Shown here piece after piece: positions 49,501-61,799 of a stretch of DNA of 64,000 nucleotides. Under the pieces are notes generated by a model. That model searched no databases. It was given only the letters and a program-made list of their open reading frames with translations, and was not told where the DNA came from. Source of the DNA: Raillietiella orientalis (lineage: Eukaryota); contig JAYWIR010000041.1 of the NCBI GenBank assembly GCA_036172245.1, forward strand, positions 1,488,001 through 1,552,000, given 5' to 3'. Made by a program: the position numbers and the translations under genes. Numbering within the stretch: the stretch's first letter is position 1; each line of letters begins with the position of its first letter.

Positions 49501-49619
49501 AGCATCACAATTCCATCGACATAAATTAGCACCAGTGAGGCGATTTAATCTTAATGATGCGACTTGATAGCGCGAGAGGATCCTAGATAAAAGAAGAAGA
49601 AGAAAAAAAAAGATGTTTA

Positions 49620-50560
49620 GGAGCGTGAAGCTGCAGCCCACAGAGAACCGTCTGGTCATACTTGCCGGACGAGTGAGTGTTTCCGTCGTGCAGCACTACT
49701 GATCTTCTCAGGAAACCTCAAGGACTTTAGAAACGAGCATGTAGCCAACGAAGGTGTGGATCATCATCGAGGATCGAAGATCAAGCAGTTCGCTCCTTTT
49801 TTCCACTTTTCTTTCTTTTTCATTGACGTCTTTTTAATTTTCGTGCACAATTCTGTATATGATCGTACACAATTCCCTATGCTTCGCGTACAGCTATGTC
49901 CAGCAATTAGCTGTAAATTAACCTACGGAAGCTGCTTGGTGGTGATTTATTGACGCTTTGCCTTGTGATGCACTATAGAATGGACAACTGTTTACTTGCA
50001 GAAAGGCCTTTCGTGGAAATCCCATTCCACTGCTGTGGACATCCGGGATTCTTCTCTTCGGTTCCTATCAGTTATCAGGAAAATGAAAACATAAACTGTG
50101 TTGATTTCGGGTCACCCTTCACTTGGAACACTTGCCGAGCAAGCCTTTTGGCCCAGTTCTTAGTTGTAGCCCAGGACTTCATCTACGAAGTCGCTGCCCA
50201 CATTTCTAGTAGGTCTATCCAGGAAAAACGATGATTCCTAATTTGAACGGGAGCGTAGAATCGCCCATTTCCGATCCCTTGCGCAAACATTTTAGAATCT
50301 TGCCAATTAGGCAAGCACCCAAGTCCCGAAGTCAAATGCTTCCAGGACATTATCTTAAAGTCTTTTTGAACTGCACAGCTAAATGGAACGATTACGGAAT
50401 AACGAGGTCGACTGCGCCATATACATCTTAGTTATTCACAATGTGTGCAGGTACAGCAGTACCAACACCCTGCACAGCTTCCTTCCTACAAAGGATTACG
50501 TACTGCCGCCTAAAATACAGTGCAAACACACACACACGATTTTTCGCACACTAATTCTTT
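49620..50560 (+). pseudogene. FBXL-like unit
   Basis: MLRVQLCPAIS; LKVFLNCTAKWNDYGITR (ORF 50231..50431) ~ LSLSHCELITDDGIRH. Confidence 0.5.
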
Positions 50561-50607
50561 GAATTCAACTTACATAAGCATTCGAGCACTTTGGCCCAAT
50601 GCTTTCA

Positions 50608-50665
50608 ATACCATATACCCAGGAATGCCATATACCATATACCCAAATGCTATATACCCAGGAAT
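50608..50665 (+). repeat. Short local tandem duplication (ccatataccc-containing units)
   Basis: ataccatatacccaggaatgccatataccatatacccaaatgctatatacccaggaat. Confidence 0.7.
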
Positions 50666-50679
50666 TCTCACAAATACTT

Positions 50680-51500
50680 CAAAGTATGGAGTGTGCATGA
50701 AGTGAATGGTTCCATCCAGCGGATAGCATCACATACAAATAAAAAGTACAGTTTTTGAAGTTGCACAGCGCCATAATAACTCATAGTCAGCAGAAAAGCA
50801 GTACGCAACGTCCCGCAAACCAAAGTCCATTTACATTCACAAATATGCCATAGCATGTTTGTGAATACTTTCAGAAGTGGCGAGACATCTACCTGCTTGC
50901 GTTATCTACAACAACTTGCACATTTTTACATGAGGAGTGCCAGTGGGCAGGGCACACAAGAAACAGTTTATGCATCGCATGCTGTTCTGGATTTCTTGAT
51001 TAACTACAAAGTTGAAGCATCTAACTTGCGTTTTCTCACGAATTTTTACTGGATTCGTATAAAAGAATGGTTTCCTGGAAACTGACTGGGGTTCGTTGAA
51101 TGATTTTTCGTACACGGAAATGATTTGCAGTCACGGGGAAGGGTGGTACCAAAGGGTCCTGAGAAGTCGTCTCTTGAAGACACGATCCTCAGGAGCAGAA
51201 GAATAGTCGCTGCTGAAATACGCTTGTTCGTTCCAGAAATGGCACTTGAGATTGGAAAAGTGAATTGAAAGAATCTTCGACATGGGATTGCGCTGCAGCC
51301 TCCAATCGTTCCGGTCCCCCTCTGGGTCTCTTTTGTCTCAGTAACAATTTTGGATATACGAAGAAGTGCCATTACGAGCTGCGGCATTCAGGCCAATTGC
51401 ATAGCACATGAAACGGTGAACTTTTGCCACCAGACGCGCCAACTTATGCAGATGATATTTATCTAGCTGCTGGTAACTTCCGGATGTGTGCTCTAAGTGT
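50680..51500 (-). pseudogene. FBXL-like unit
   Basis: TIGGCSAIPCRRFFQF...NKRISAATI (ORF 51046..51387); ALPTGTPHVK (ORF 50906..51115). Confidence 0.55.
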
Positions 51501-52120
51501 AGAGTGTGCCCTTTACTTAAATGCCGCCATTCATCTCATTTAGTGAACTGCCTGTTGTGATAGCTCGCCCTCAAGTGATGCTGACTTCCAGTTTTAAGTT
51601 TAAAAAAGACTCAGAGGTTCGGGAAAGCCCTAAAGGATGTTTGCAGTGTTCTTTTGTATGCTTTAATACACAAAAGAACGTTCTGAACTGAGGAAATTTC
51701 AATGTGGACCAGTTTGTGTTCACGACTCGATTTCTCTCCCACGTCTGCCAGGGTGAACCTGATGGGGATTCCAAAGGCCTTCTGAGTAGAAAGAGCGTTC
51801 TTCGCGGCAGGTTCCGAGTCACGTCGTCGCATTCCTTTTCTAATTGCAAGGCTGGAAAAGAACTCAACCTGTTGTGCCAAGAGACATGTTTCCACCTAAC
51901 AGTTATAGAAACACAGAGGAGCCACTTGAAAGATAAAGGACTGCTAAATAAGTAAAGCTTGCAATATGTGGTGTCATATAATGACGATGACTGTCGATGC
52001 ATTTGGAAGAAATGAAAATTAGATGCATCGAAAGAATGGAGAATTAGATACAAGAAAGATGAGAAGCGATGAAAAGTTTCGACTACATCCGAGGCTCATA
52101 TAGTAATTCAATAAGAACAG
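51500..52120 (+). pseudogene. FBXL-like 3' part
   Basis: CFHLTVIETQRSHLKDKG (ORF 51704..51955) ~ CPRLQILEAARCSHLTDAG. Confidence 0.6.
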
Positions 52121-52960
52121 AGAAGACATCTCCCCTGTTCCAGGATTTTTCATCAGTTAATTTCGCAGCCTTCTGCGGAAAAACGAAGGATACGGCGGTT
52201 GTTTATCTTAAAAATCACTAACAGCAGCATTGGTCTCCGTTCTTCTTTCCGAAATCTGACTTTATCTCTCCCAAAGTGAAGACGATACTTGGAACACTAT
52301 TTGAAGACGCAGTTAGCTACTATTGCTAGGAAAACCATAACTTAGTATGATTGCCTGTCATAACATTCCTAAATTCATAGTTCATATAAGTGGGGAAAAA
52401 AAGCACTCGGATTCAAGGAATTCTGTTCACTATCGTTTGCTTTGCTTCTTAACAGGAAGATTTCAGTTTTTTTCAGAGGATAAAAAGAAGCAAGTAAGCT
52501 TGAAAGACTTTCACTTTATATGGAAATTTGCGTCTGCGTTATATGTAAATGAAACAGAAGCGTAGAACAGCATAAAAGAAAACCAAAAACTGCTGCAATG
52601 TATGTGAATGTCATTTCGAACATCTAAGTGTACATTGCATGGAATATCAAACCTCGAAGGCCTTTACCATAGATGTCAGTGGAAAAAAAAAAAGAACTCG
52701 TCAGCCCTTGAATGCAATCAGGCTTTCCCAATGAATTCCAGGAATGTATTTCGAAATAAACAAAGGGAAATTCCTAAAATGAGAACGACGTCCAGATGGA
52801 TTTGAGAAAAATTGAGGAAAATGCTTGAGGTCCACCGCTTAGTGGGATTGATTTGAAGTTTTGAATCAAAGCTTCATTGAATCGTAAAATTTCATTAGCA
52901 TATTTCAAATCCAGAATTGCAAGACTGAAAAAATCAGAGGCGTTCCGAGAGGGCTTTTGT
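52120..52960 (+). pseudogene. FBXL-like unit, AT-rich
   Basis: LFQDFSSVN F-box-like; IACHNIPKFIVHISGEKKHSD (ORF 52347..52565) ~ QNCRNIEVLNLNGCTKTTD. Confidence 0.55.
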
Positions 52961-52969
52961 AGTGAAGCC

Positions 52970-53590
52970 TTAAGGGTGAATGATGCTTGAAATTTTGTTC
53001 TCATTTCAAGTAAGCATTAACCAGTTGTCTGGAAATGGCTTTCTTCGATGCACCAAAAAGTTGTTGTTCCAAGGTCTCTGCAAACTCTCTGTTACCTTGT
53101 CTAGAAGAATTCCTGCAATTCCCGAATCTTCAAATTCTGTCCTCTGCCAACATGTCGAACACCAGCAGTTAATTCAAAACATCCTTCAGAATAGGTAAGT
53201 CATTCAAAGAACCGAGATCAGAATAAGAGCCTTGGAGATTTCGATCAAAAGGTCATCTGCCGGTGTTGTGCAGTGACGTCATCTTTATGGAGCAAAAGGT
53301 GTGTTGCTCTACTTTTAGTCCTCTGCTGGAGTCCGGTTTCGGTCATTTTCCGAAATTTGCTTTCGTGAAAAATTGCAGACGTAGAAATCAGAAATAAACT
53401 GATCTTTATCCTTGATAAGCAGCTCATACCTGTTGGGATAACGGAATTGATGGTGCCAACAAGACAATTCTGCATTAATAACTCCGCGTATCAAAGATCG
53501 AAAGAAGCATTGATGCTTCTAACGATTATGAAGCAGCACCGTTTCCCGTGCTCCAGCTGCCTCATTAGCACTGATGCCTAATGATCGATT
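52970..53590 (+). pseudogene. FBXL-like unit (internally shortened)
   Basis: NQLSGNGFLRCTKKLLFQG (ORF 52980..53198) ~ SKRCGGFLRKLSLRG; nucleotide homology of 53260-53347 to 54098-54184. Confidence 0.55.
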
Positions 53591-53599
53591 GTATAGGGA

Positions 53600-54560
53600 A
53601 AATGATACGTGCACTTACAAGAGCTGATGAAAAAAACAAAATACATATCGCGAATAGTAAGAAAATGTAGAACATCGGATCATTATGATGCAGCAAGAAC
53701 TCCTACAGCAAACTGCTCTCTTCTCTTGGAAATCTCATCAAGAAGAACGTGGATTGAAGGAATAGTTTCTTTTTGTACGACAGCATGCCTACGAGCTCAA
53801 TAAGCAGCATCTGACAGATTGCTTAACCAACCAACATGACGACATTTCTTAATGCTATAAATTTCATGATTCATTTGTTGTCTCCACTGTAGTAGCAAAT
53901 AGTCGTCTTGGAGTCAGTAAACTGATTTGGGAATCACGAGTGATGTATAGGAATAGAGGGTATTCTCACTGCTTTTTGTTTCCAAAACAAATATCAAGGA
54001 ATGTCCTCCTCATGAGGAAAATGATTACCTAGAGATAACTGGACCATTCATCTTCTTTGGAAGCTTAGAGCCTTCAAACAAAAATATTCCCTGTTCTCCG
54101 GTCAGTGTTGTGGGAATCTGGGAGCAAAAGGTTCGTTGCTCTACTTTGAGTCCTCCGGTGAAGTCCAGTTTAGTTTTCGGTCATGATCCATTTGAGGCTC
54201 CTATTTTCTTTTTATAAAGGCAATGACGAATCTAGTAGACGCATAGGACCCCTAAGTGAAACTATTAATGAAGGACTAATTAATTCATAAAGATCTCTTC
54301 AAAATTGTTTTTAAGGAAATTTCCTAAAAATCATCCTCTTCTTCTGAATGCCTTTTCCTAATTTCTAAATTCTATCTTCTTCAGTAAAAAAAAAAATGAA
54401 ATGCCAAACCTGAAATTCTGGTATTGCTGTTATTCGATGTTCCGATTCTTCCGATTTGCGGTGAGTTTATCCACCACTACATCCCATAACACACGAACAC
54501 GTAAGCAGAAGAGATCGCAGAAACATCATGAAGATGCGTGTCGTCGGTGTAAGCATCAGC
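53600..54560 (+). pseudogene. FBXL-like unit
   Basis: ISRIVRKC...SLLLEISSRRTWIE (ORF 53609..53803); WSQ*TDLGI. Confidence 0.5.
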
Positions 54561-54610
54561 AGTTAGCAGCTGATTGAATCCAGGTCTGATAAATGCTATG
54601 GGAGCATCCC

Positions 54611-55431
54611 GCGTCGGAGACTTTGTGGTTAAGGCCTCCGCGTCGCGGGTTCGAATACTCCGGCAGAAACTGAGACGCCGCTGCGTCGTTGGGTTCCGAA
54701 TTTCCCCTGCAATGGCGCTGGTTGGTCGAGATATTCGGGTATGGCACCGGTGGCCTCTTAAGCCGGAGGCCCCCGATGACGATCGGAGCAATGGGAGCTG
54801 ATCTTCGGGTCCTTCCAGGGATCAGGGAATGGGGAGTTCCCCCTCGGTCGTGCAACGGAGAGCGGACCCCCCTCACCGGGGGGACCCCTTTGGTTTCAAG
54901 ATAGATCAGGAGCCTTCACAGGCACCTCTACAGTTGTCTCCAGGAGCGGATCCGCCCCGGCTGCAGGGGGACCCTCTGAGTCGCCGCCTCTCCAGAAGGA
55001 GTGCAAGCGAGAGCGCGATTCCCCTGTGGGAAGCTGCAGCGTCCCTTCTGAATTCTTTGGGGTTCTCATCAGAGGAGTGGACAGGAGCGGTTCCCATTCC
55101 CTAGCAAATCCTTTGCGGGTTCCCTTCGGAGAAGATGAAATGGAGAGGACCACCCCCCTTCCGGGGTGCTCCCTCCGGAGAGAATGAGGAAGGAGATTCC
55201 CTTTGGAGACAACCAGGATGAGAGATGCGATTCCCCCCTGAAGGGGATCCCTCCCCAAGCGTGAGAGGAACGGACTCCGAGCCTTCCTGGATTCATCCCT
55301 CCCTTCCGGGATGCCCCTATCTTGAAGAATAACACGCACCTTCCGCGGGTGGCGTAGTGTTAAAGAGCCACGTGTGCCGCGAGGCACGCAACCAGCTCTT
55401 CGGTACTTGGAGTACCAAAAAAAAAAAAAAA
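54611..55431 (+). mobile_element. tRNA-derived SINE, copy 2 (~820 bp including hairpins and A15 tail)
   Basis: Head gcgtcggagactttgtggttaagg...gggttcgaatactcc (B-box ~54648-54658); body homologous to 46944-47656; ends ggtacttggagtacc + A15 (55417-55431). Confidence 0.8.
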
Positions 55432-55439
55432 TTTGAAAG

Positions 55440-56230
55440 AATGCTGAAAGGGAAAAAACAGCGAATCCCGTGCCAGGGGCGTAGCACGTTTCTGAGTCCC
55501 GGACACGGAAGCTATCTTTGCGGGAGTATTTCGGCTGTAACTCTGAGGACAGTGAATTGAGAACATTTCTAGATGATCCAGAGATCATTCAAGCAATTCG
55601 GTTCTACGGTTTTTGTTTTTGTTTTTCATGAGCTTTGACCCTTAATGTGCATTGGAACAATTCTGAACGACAACACCTCCATGCAAGGATCGCCTCTTCA
55701 GGATTCTGGACGCATGCTATGCTAGGAGAGGAGACTCTCACCTAGAACTCGCTGATTGCAGCCTTGGTTTCGATCTCCCTCACTCTTCTGAAGGCATTCC
55801 ACGGGATGAGTGGGAAGCTGCTCCACCGCAGCAGATCATGCAACTGTCGAAATGCTGACGAAGCTTCGTGCTAGTGTTCAGATTTTCTAGTCTCTGGTTC
55901 CAGAATCTGAAAGCGTCTCTCTAATCCTTCCTCCACTTATCCTTCATCCGACAAGTTTAACTGCCAGTCGAAGCTTGTCCTCTTGTTTTTCTGATCTCGG
56001 ACCGCTTGTGCCTTTCACTCTTTTTGTCATACTAGGCCAACTTGCCTTTTTGCGGATAGACTCCGAAAAAAGATTCCAAGCGGAGACGTGGTAGAGACTA
56101 TTGAGATGCAACCACTTGATGTGATGCGGACCACGTGAAAATGGCACAATTCCTTCAGCAGCACTCTTTAGCTCCTTTCCCTATCTTTCCTACTGCACTT
56201 CATTTAAGCTTGGCGATGCTTTTTCTTTGA
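55440..56230 (-). pseudogene. FBXL-like unit
   Basis: FSRGPHHIKWLHLNSLYHVSAWNL...ASW (ORF 55944..56147) ~ LSKFCSKLRHLDLASCTSITNMSL...ISW. Confidence 0.55.
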
Positions 56231-56254
56231 TTTTGTTATACAGCTGTTAGCTGA

Positions 56255-57240
56255 ATGCCAGCAGAAGGCGACTTTTCTGCCCTTCAGTTACAAAGAGCAC
56301 AAAGCCCATTCTCAGAGGAGGAGCATTTCCCTCTGGTGAGAATGTTCGACTGCTGGGAAAGCTTTTGTATGCGTTCGTCAGTCTCCTTCAGCCTCTCTGT
56401 GCATGTGATGTATGGAAACATTCAAAGAGACCTTGCCCAGTGGCATGAAGGATTACCTGGCCGGATGAGGGAAATCGTCGTAACAGATTATCGATCAACG
56501 GTGTTTTGGGCTAGGGCGTTTGGGCATCGTTACGTTCTTATGCGGAAAGAGAATTCGTCAAGAAGTCGAAAGTCCCTCTTTCAAAATAGTTCGAGGATTT
56601 AGAAGGCGGGAGCAATTTGCTTAAAGATCCAATGAAATTCAGAAATTCCGATCTTTCAAAACGAGCCTGAAATGCCGAAATTCCTGGCGCTTTGAATGTT
56701 AGTCAGCGAGCAAGCCAGTCCCTGTCATGTGCTCTTCTTCCCTTTTCGGCTTGTCCTTTATACCACTTGCATGCATTTTCCCCCCTTCCTTCCTCATCCG
56801 GATGTTTTTGATTAATTGAAACTCGGATGCAACATGATGTCTTTTCATTTTTCTGTTCCTTCTTTGCCCCAAAGCATTTGCAAAAGACTCTCTTCCGAGC
56901 TTGGATCAGCTTGCTTAAGGCAGCTCAGAGGAATCGACTTCTTGATTACTGCGTCATCGTTTCTTCCCAATAAAATTTTACTCACCCACTTCATTTGAGG
57001 ACATGGAAAACAGCCACACGTGCATATCTCTCAGCCGCTCCAGCTATGAAATCAAATTATCGAATCTGCCACATTCCCTCCACGTTGGGAGGAGAACCAC
57101 GCCACACTCCCGTGATCACTCTTCTGAGAAGCATCCGGAAATCTCAGAACAAGGAGTACATAAAAAGCGTCATTGCAGCAGAAATGTTGGACACTTTCAG
57201 CCTTCGATGTTCCTGTCGAGAAGTTTCGTAGTCAAGTTTT
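56255..57240 (+). pseudogene. FBXL-like unit
   Basis: LVRMFD...VMYGNIQRDLAQWHEGLPGRMREIV...LFQNSSRI (ORF 56255..56602) ~ LLRIFS...ALDGSNWQRIDLFDFQRDIEGRVVENI...FAQNCRNI. Confidence 0.65.
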
Positions 57241-57249
57241 AGTACTCGT

Positions 57250-58380
57250 TTCTAATAAACGCGGGCCGGCTCCCTGATTTCGTTCCGCACAGAAACACCA
57301 TCTGTACGTCACAACTCCTTGATCGAGGAGGAATGACAGGGCAGTTCGCCTGGTTCTCTTGTTGGCAAATCCAGGAACCCCACTTGGATTTGCGAGCTAC
57401 GCATAGCGAACGAGGTTCACGGACTTTCGTATCCCGAATTCCCTATATGTTTCTGTGTCTCAGTGGCGAAATTCTGGAACGCTTTCCTCGTCGGTTCACT
57501 TAACTGAAAGAGGATATGCCCCAGGAAAAGAACATCGTACTGGTTATGATTCCTTTGACAGAGTCAAGCAGTTCCCTCATCTCCCGAGTTAGATTGCATT
57601 TCGATGCGGTTCAAAACATAAATTTTTCACAATGGATTTTGGAAGGATTGGTGTTGGTCAGAAATGTGGATTCTTCATTACAGTTTTCATTTCTTCTGGG
57701 TGACCATCGAAAATGCTGAACTGTCTCGATAACTGTTACCATGGAAATATACCCTTCGAGTTTCTTCATCTTGCGACACTTTCCCTTCCTTTTATACTGC
57801 TGATTCATCATCAAATTTTTTATATGTAGTGTAAATGCTTTTTAATGTACAACACACAAAATTTCAAAGAGTAAAGTTTCTTAAAGGAATCTTCATTGTA
57901 CGGATAAGTCCTCTAATCAAAAGTCCTGACGCCTCTAAGCAATGATGACGTTGGTGTTTTGTTATAGTTAAAGTCCCAATGAAGATTTATTACCTGTATT
58001 AATTAATCAAGCTGCTCTTTATCATCTCCTAAAATATTTTTTTAATCATTGTCATTAATCCTTTCTGCCTGTTTGATTCCCTGCACTGCTCTGCACTGAA
58101 TACATCCAGGAATTTTTTTTCTTCCACACGAGACAAACAGGAATGAAACAAGCAGGAAGAACACAGAAGAAATACAGAATTAAATAAGGACTGATTGCTT
58201 AAGAATACAGAAGAAACGTCCCGAAAATCGGTCTCCGATCATCCAACAAACTCTCTTAAATAAAAGGGAAATGTAATCAAATGCAATATATTTAAGGAAG
58301 AATACCTCAAGTTATCTGCAAAGTCCACAGCACACTTGAAATAGAAGGAAAGTCTATTGAAAAGGGTGGAGCATTTTGAA
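57250..58380 (-). pseudogene. FBXL-like unit, AT-rich
   Basis: KKFDDESA ~ TQLEDEAL; GDEGTA*LCQRNH ~ TDVGFTTLARNCH. Confidence 0.45.
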
Positions 58381-59500
58381 TTCTCCGCAATTTTGACGCA
58401 AAAAGTTCAGTGATGACCAGCTCGGAGTCCGCAGTCCTGGTTAAGGGGGTGACTGTCTTCGCCAGCGTGGATTGGAGACCGCCGCCTCTGATGCTGCCGC
58501 TAGGAAAGGCGCGACGTCCTCTCCTCCTGGAGATGGAAAGAACCAGTGGCTAGTCTCGCGCCAGAGGTCGCGCTCCGTACTTTCGGAAGGGAAGAGGAGC
58601 GTAGGGCGCCGCTGTTCTTCGAGCTGGGGTCAGCGCCTCGAGCGCTCGAGAGCGACCTCCACTGTCCTCCGAGTTGCATTCAGGACATTTTCTCACCCTC
58701 CCGCCAGACGGATCGTCCTCCGCGATTCTCTTCCGGGCGGTCATCCTCGGAAAGCCCCGCGTTCCGTCAGGCGTGAAGCAACGGCTCTTCCTCGTCCCGA
58801 GATGCGCTGGAGCTGCCCGCGATGCTCACTGCCAGGAGGCAGTGGTCCGTGCCATGTTAATTCTTGATTTATCTCATTTTATTCCTTGATGGGATAGTTA
58901 GACCAGTTTGGAAAGCACTCCTAAAAGTATGGAAGCTGTCGATCTAGGAATCGGTCATCGGTAGCTCGAGATAAATTACCGAAAGCCCTCTGGCTTCATC
59001 TTTGATACGCATTTTCCGAGCCTAAATGGCTGCAGATAAAAAAAAAAAGCAAAGAGGAAACCCACGTTGGAAAGCGTGACTCCATTTTTGCAGAATCGAA
59101 AGACATTTCCCGTACCACAACTGCTTTTCTCTGCTCTGAGTAGACATTCTGTAGATGACGAACTTCAAAGCTTGAAGATTTACTTGGAAGCTTGAAACTC
59201 CACTGTATTCTTAAACATTATTCATCTGAGGATCTCTCCAAATACTTTCGACATTTAACTTCCCCCCCCCCTTACCACCAACATCGATTCTTCTTTCCTA
59301 AGACTCATTGCAACCAATCCATGAAGTATACAATTTTTTCGATGAAGAATGCTTGACTTAATAGGAAAGATGAATCAAAGCTGCGTTATCTTAATGTTTT
59401 CCTTGTCGGTTGCGACACGAGAAGGAACGAATGAGATGGAACTGCTCTGATGCCATACCCGATGCTTTTCTCTTTCTTTGAGTATGTTGTCTATCTCGGT
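58380..59500 (-). pseudogene. FBXL-like unit with very GC-rich 3' half
   Basis: DHCLLAVS; SRALEALTPA (ORF 58550..58744) ~ CPSLEKLTLS. Confidence 0.45.
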
Positions 59501-59529
59501 TTCTCGATTTTAAAATATTCCGGCCATTT

Positions 59530-60760
59530 TTATTTTGAAAGAAATAAATTGCACGAGAAACCCCAATGCTACTACCATCTATGACTTAGCAGTAATAAAT
59601 CCCGGGAGAGAGCAGTGCTCCTTCTTTTTGCCAGACGCAGCAATATCCCACTGCTATCCAGTGGCCGGTGTCTTATGATAGCTTGGTATCTACAAACAAC
59701 GATGTTCGTCTCTTTTCTTGACAGCATAACGAACAGATCACCACGAAATGACCGAGATTCGGTTAGGTCATGACTGATGATTGAGCTTTCTTGAATTTAG
59801 AAAGGGAGCTCTAGCATCTATTCATCCATTTATAGACTACTATGTAATGAATGCAACCTCACACTTTACTTAATTAAAGGGATACTTCACCGGCCGTCTG
59901 CAAGACAAAGTCTTAAATAAGAAAGATGATTTAAAAGACTCGTAAATATTTATAGCCTGAAGCAAAGATCTGCGCATCTGAAATTAACTGATATTGAATG
60001 ATGAAGAACCTAACGAGTCCACGATAGTCAACCGGCAATCAGGTTTTAATACTGCTTAATGCACTTCAAAGTCACCATTGAGGCTTTTCGGAGAGTTGGA
60101 ATTGTCAAGCAGGTCACTATTGACCTGCTTGACAAGGAAAGCAGATTTGCATTGCAAATGAGCGTGGCTGTCACAGAAAAAAACCTTTGACGTTCCTTAC
60201 TGGAAACACAGGCCGAAAACCATCGAAGGCATGGAAGAGTGGCGTTGAACCTCTGGGAAGGCAAAACTGCAGGAAGTGCACCTTTAATCAGGCTAATGGA
60301 AGAAACTACTACATGCTCCGATTGGAGTAGATTAGCCAGCATCATTTGTGACTCGACGTTTAAACAACCATGTGTCTGCTTCTGGAAAAATGAAACCTGG
60401 GAGGGACTTTTTTTTGATTCCTTCGGGTCACGTGTGCTTCCGGGATGAGCTACTCAGATGTGGAGAAACATGAAATCGCTGGTCAAAGTCTTACATGTCG
60501 AGTGCATATTCAAAAGCAGGACTTGTACACTCGTTTTGCACGGAAGGAGAAACTTCATTCTTGTCTCTTTGTTTCGACAAGAATGAATCTTTCCTCTCCC
60601 GGCGATTCTGATGCCTGCCCACTTTCTCTTGCTTTCCGTTCCTCAGATGTGGGAAGGAAAGATACGTTTCGCGCGAATCTTCTTACTTTTAAAATTACGG
60701 GGAAAATTTCTTTAAAGATGGGCGAGCTTAAGATGTCCAGTGAGGACCTCGGCTTTCATT
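59530..60760 (-). pseudogene. FBXL-like unit
   Basis: LPCLRWFSACVSSKERQRFFSVTATLICNANLLSLSSRSIVTCLTIPTL (ORF 60046..60345) ~ CVKLRKFSSKGCKQINDNAIMCLAKYCPDLMVLNLHSCETITDSSIRQL. Confidence 0.7.
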
Positions 60761-60799
60761 AGTTTTTGTTCGCTGATCACAGGAACCAGGAAACACAAG

Positions 60800-61760
60800 A
60801 AAAGAGATTGTCTCAGTGTTTCCTCTTCCGATTCTGAAGAGGGGCAGCACGTCAGAGTAGAACTTTTTTTTTTTTTTCCTGCAAAAAAAAAACAAGAAGT
60901 TTACCGTTACGTTTTCCGGAAAGGAATTAAAAAAAAATAATGTGTCCCTGAGGAAAGATTGGCGGTACTTTGTGTAACTTATAACGGCGCAAGAAAGTGC
61001 TGCTCCAATTCCACAGCCAGGATTTCTGCCACTAAAGGTAAGTACTCCCCTGGTATTAGTGGAGCATGTTTTACTACATCTCTTCAGTAGATTCGATCAT
61101 AAAAAGTGATGTAGGACTATTCCCTAAAAATTGCTTCATTCCAGAAAGATATAAGTTTTCACCGAGGAAGATTGCAGCTTCCTTTCCTTGTACTTTTTAA
61201 CGGTTCCGAATGTATCGTTTTCTGATGCTGAATATTTAAATCGGCAGCGTTCCTCTGAATATTTAATATTTCAGAAGAGCGGCCGAACGCACGATGGTTT
61301 GAAATGCGCATTTGGCCTGCATCTTCTTATTGCTTTGAATTTGCAATCTTCGGATGATCATGCTGTAGGTGGACTGTTCCAATCCGAATAGAGCATGGAT
61401 GGAGAGAGTACCGTTAGCTACAGAACGAATAGTTCGGCAAGAGTTTTTTTTTGTTCTGTTTTCATCTTTTTGGGATTTCTGGTGCCCCGAGACGGGCCTC
61501 CAAGCTTATCAAAAAATAAAAAAATAAATAAAAAAAAAATGGCATTAATCTCCATGAGATATATACAACTTGAAGTCTTGAAGTGGCGCTTCCCCATCTG
61601 GTTTCAAACTGGATTTCCAGCTTGGAGCTTTCATTTCATCTTCAAATTGATTATATTTGAAAGTGAACTATGGAAGAGAATTTATTTCCTAAAGAGGACT
61701 CACCGTCGGTTTCACTTGGACTCTGTGACGAGTGTCAAAAATTAAAAGGAAACACAGGAG
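60800..61760 (+). pseudogene. FBXL-like unit
   Basis: HDGLKCAFGLHLLIALNLQS (ORF 61188..61391) ~ DEALKYIGAHCPELVTLNLQT. Confidence 0.6.
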
Positions 61761-61799
61761 ATGGTAACGGCAGTCGATCACTCGGCCTTCCTCGCAGGG

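Noticed and set aside
46912..55588. Protein-coding ORFs 46912..47403, 47322..47867 and 54896..55588
   Set aside because: Open frames arise from GC-rich SINE sequence; frames are not conserved between the two copies.
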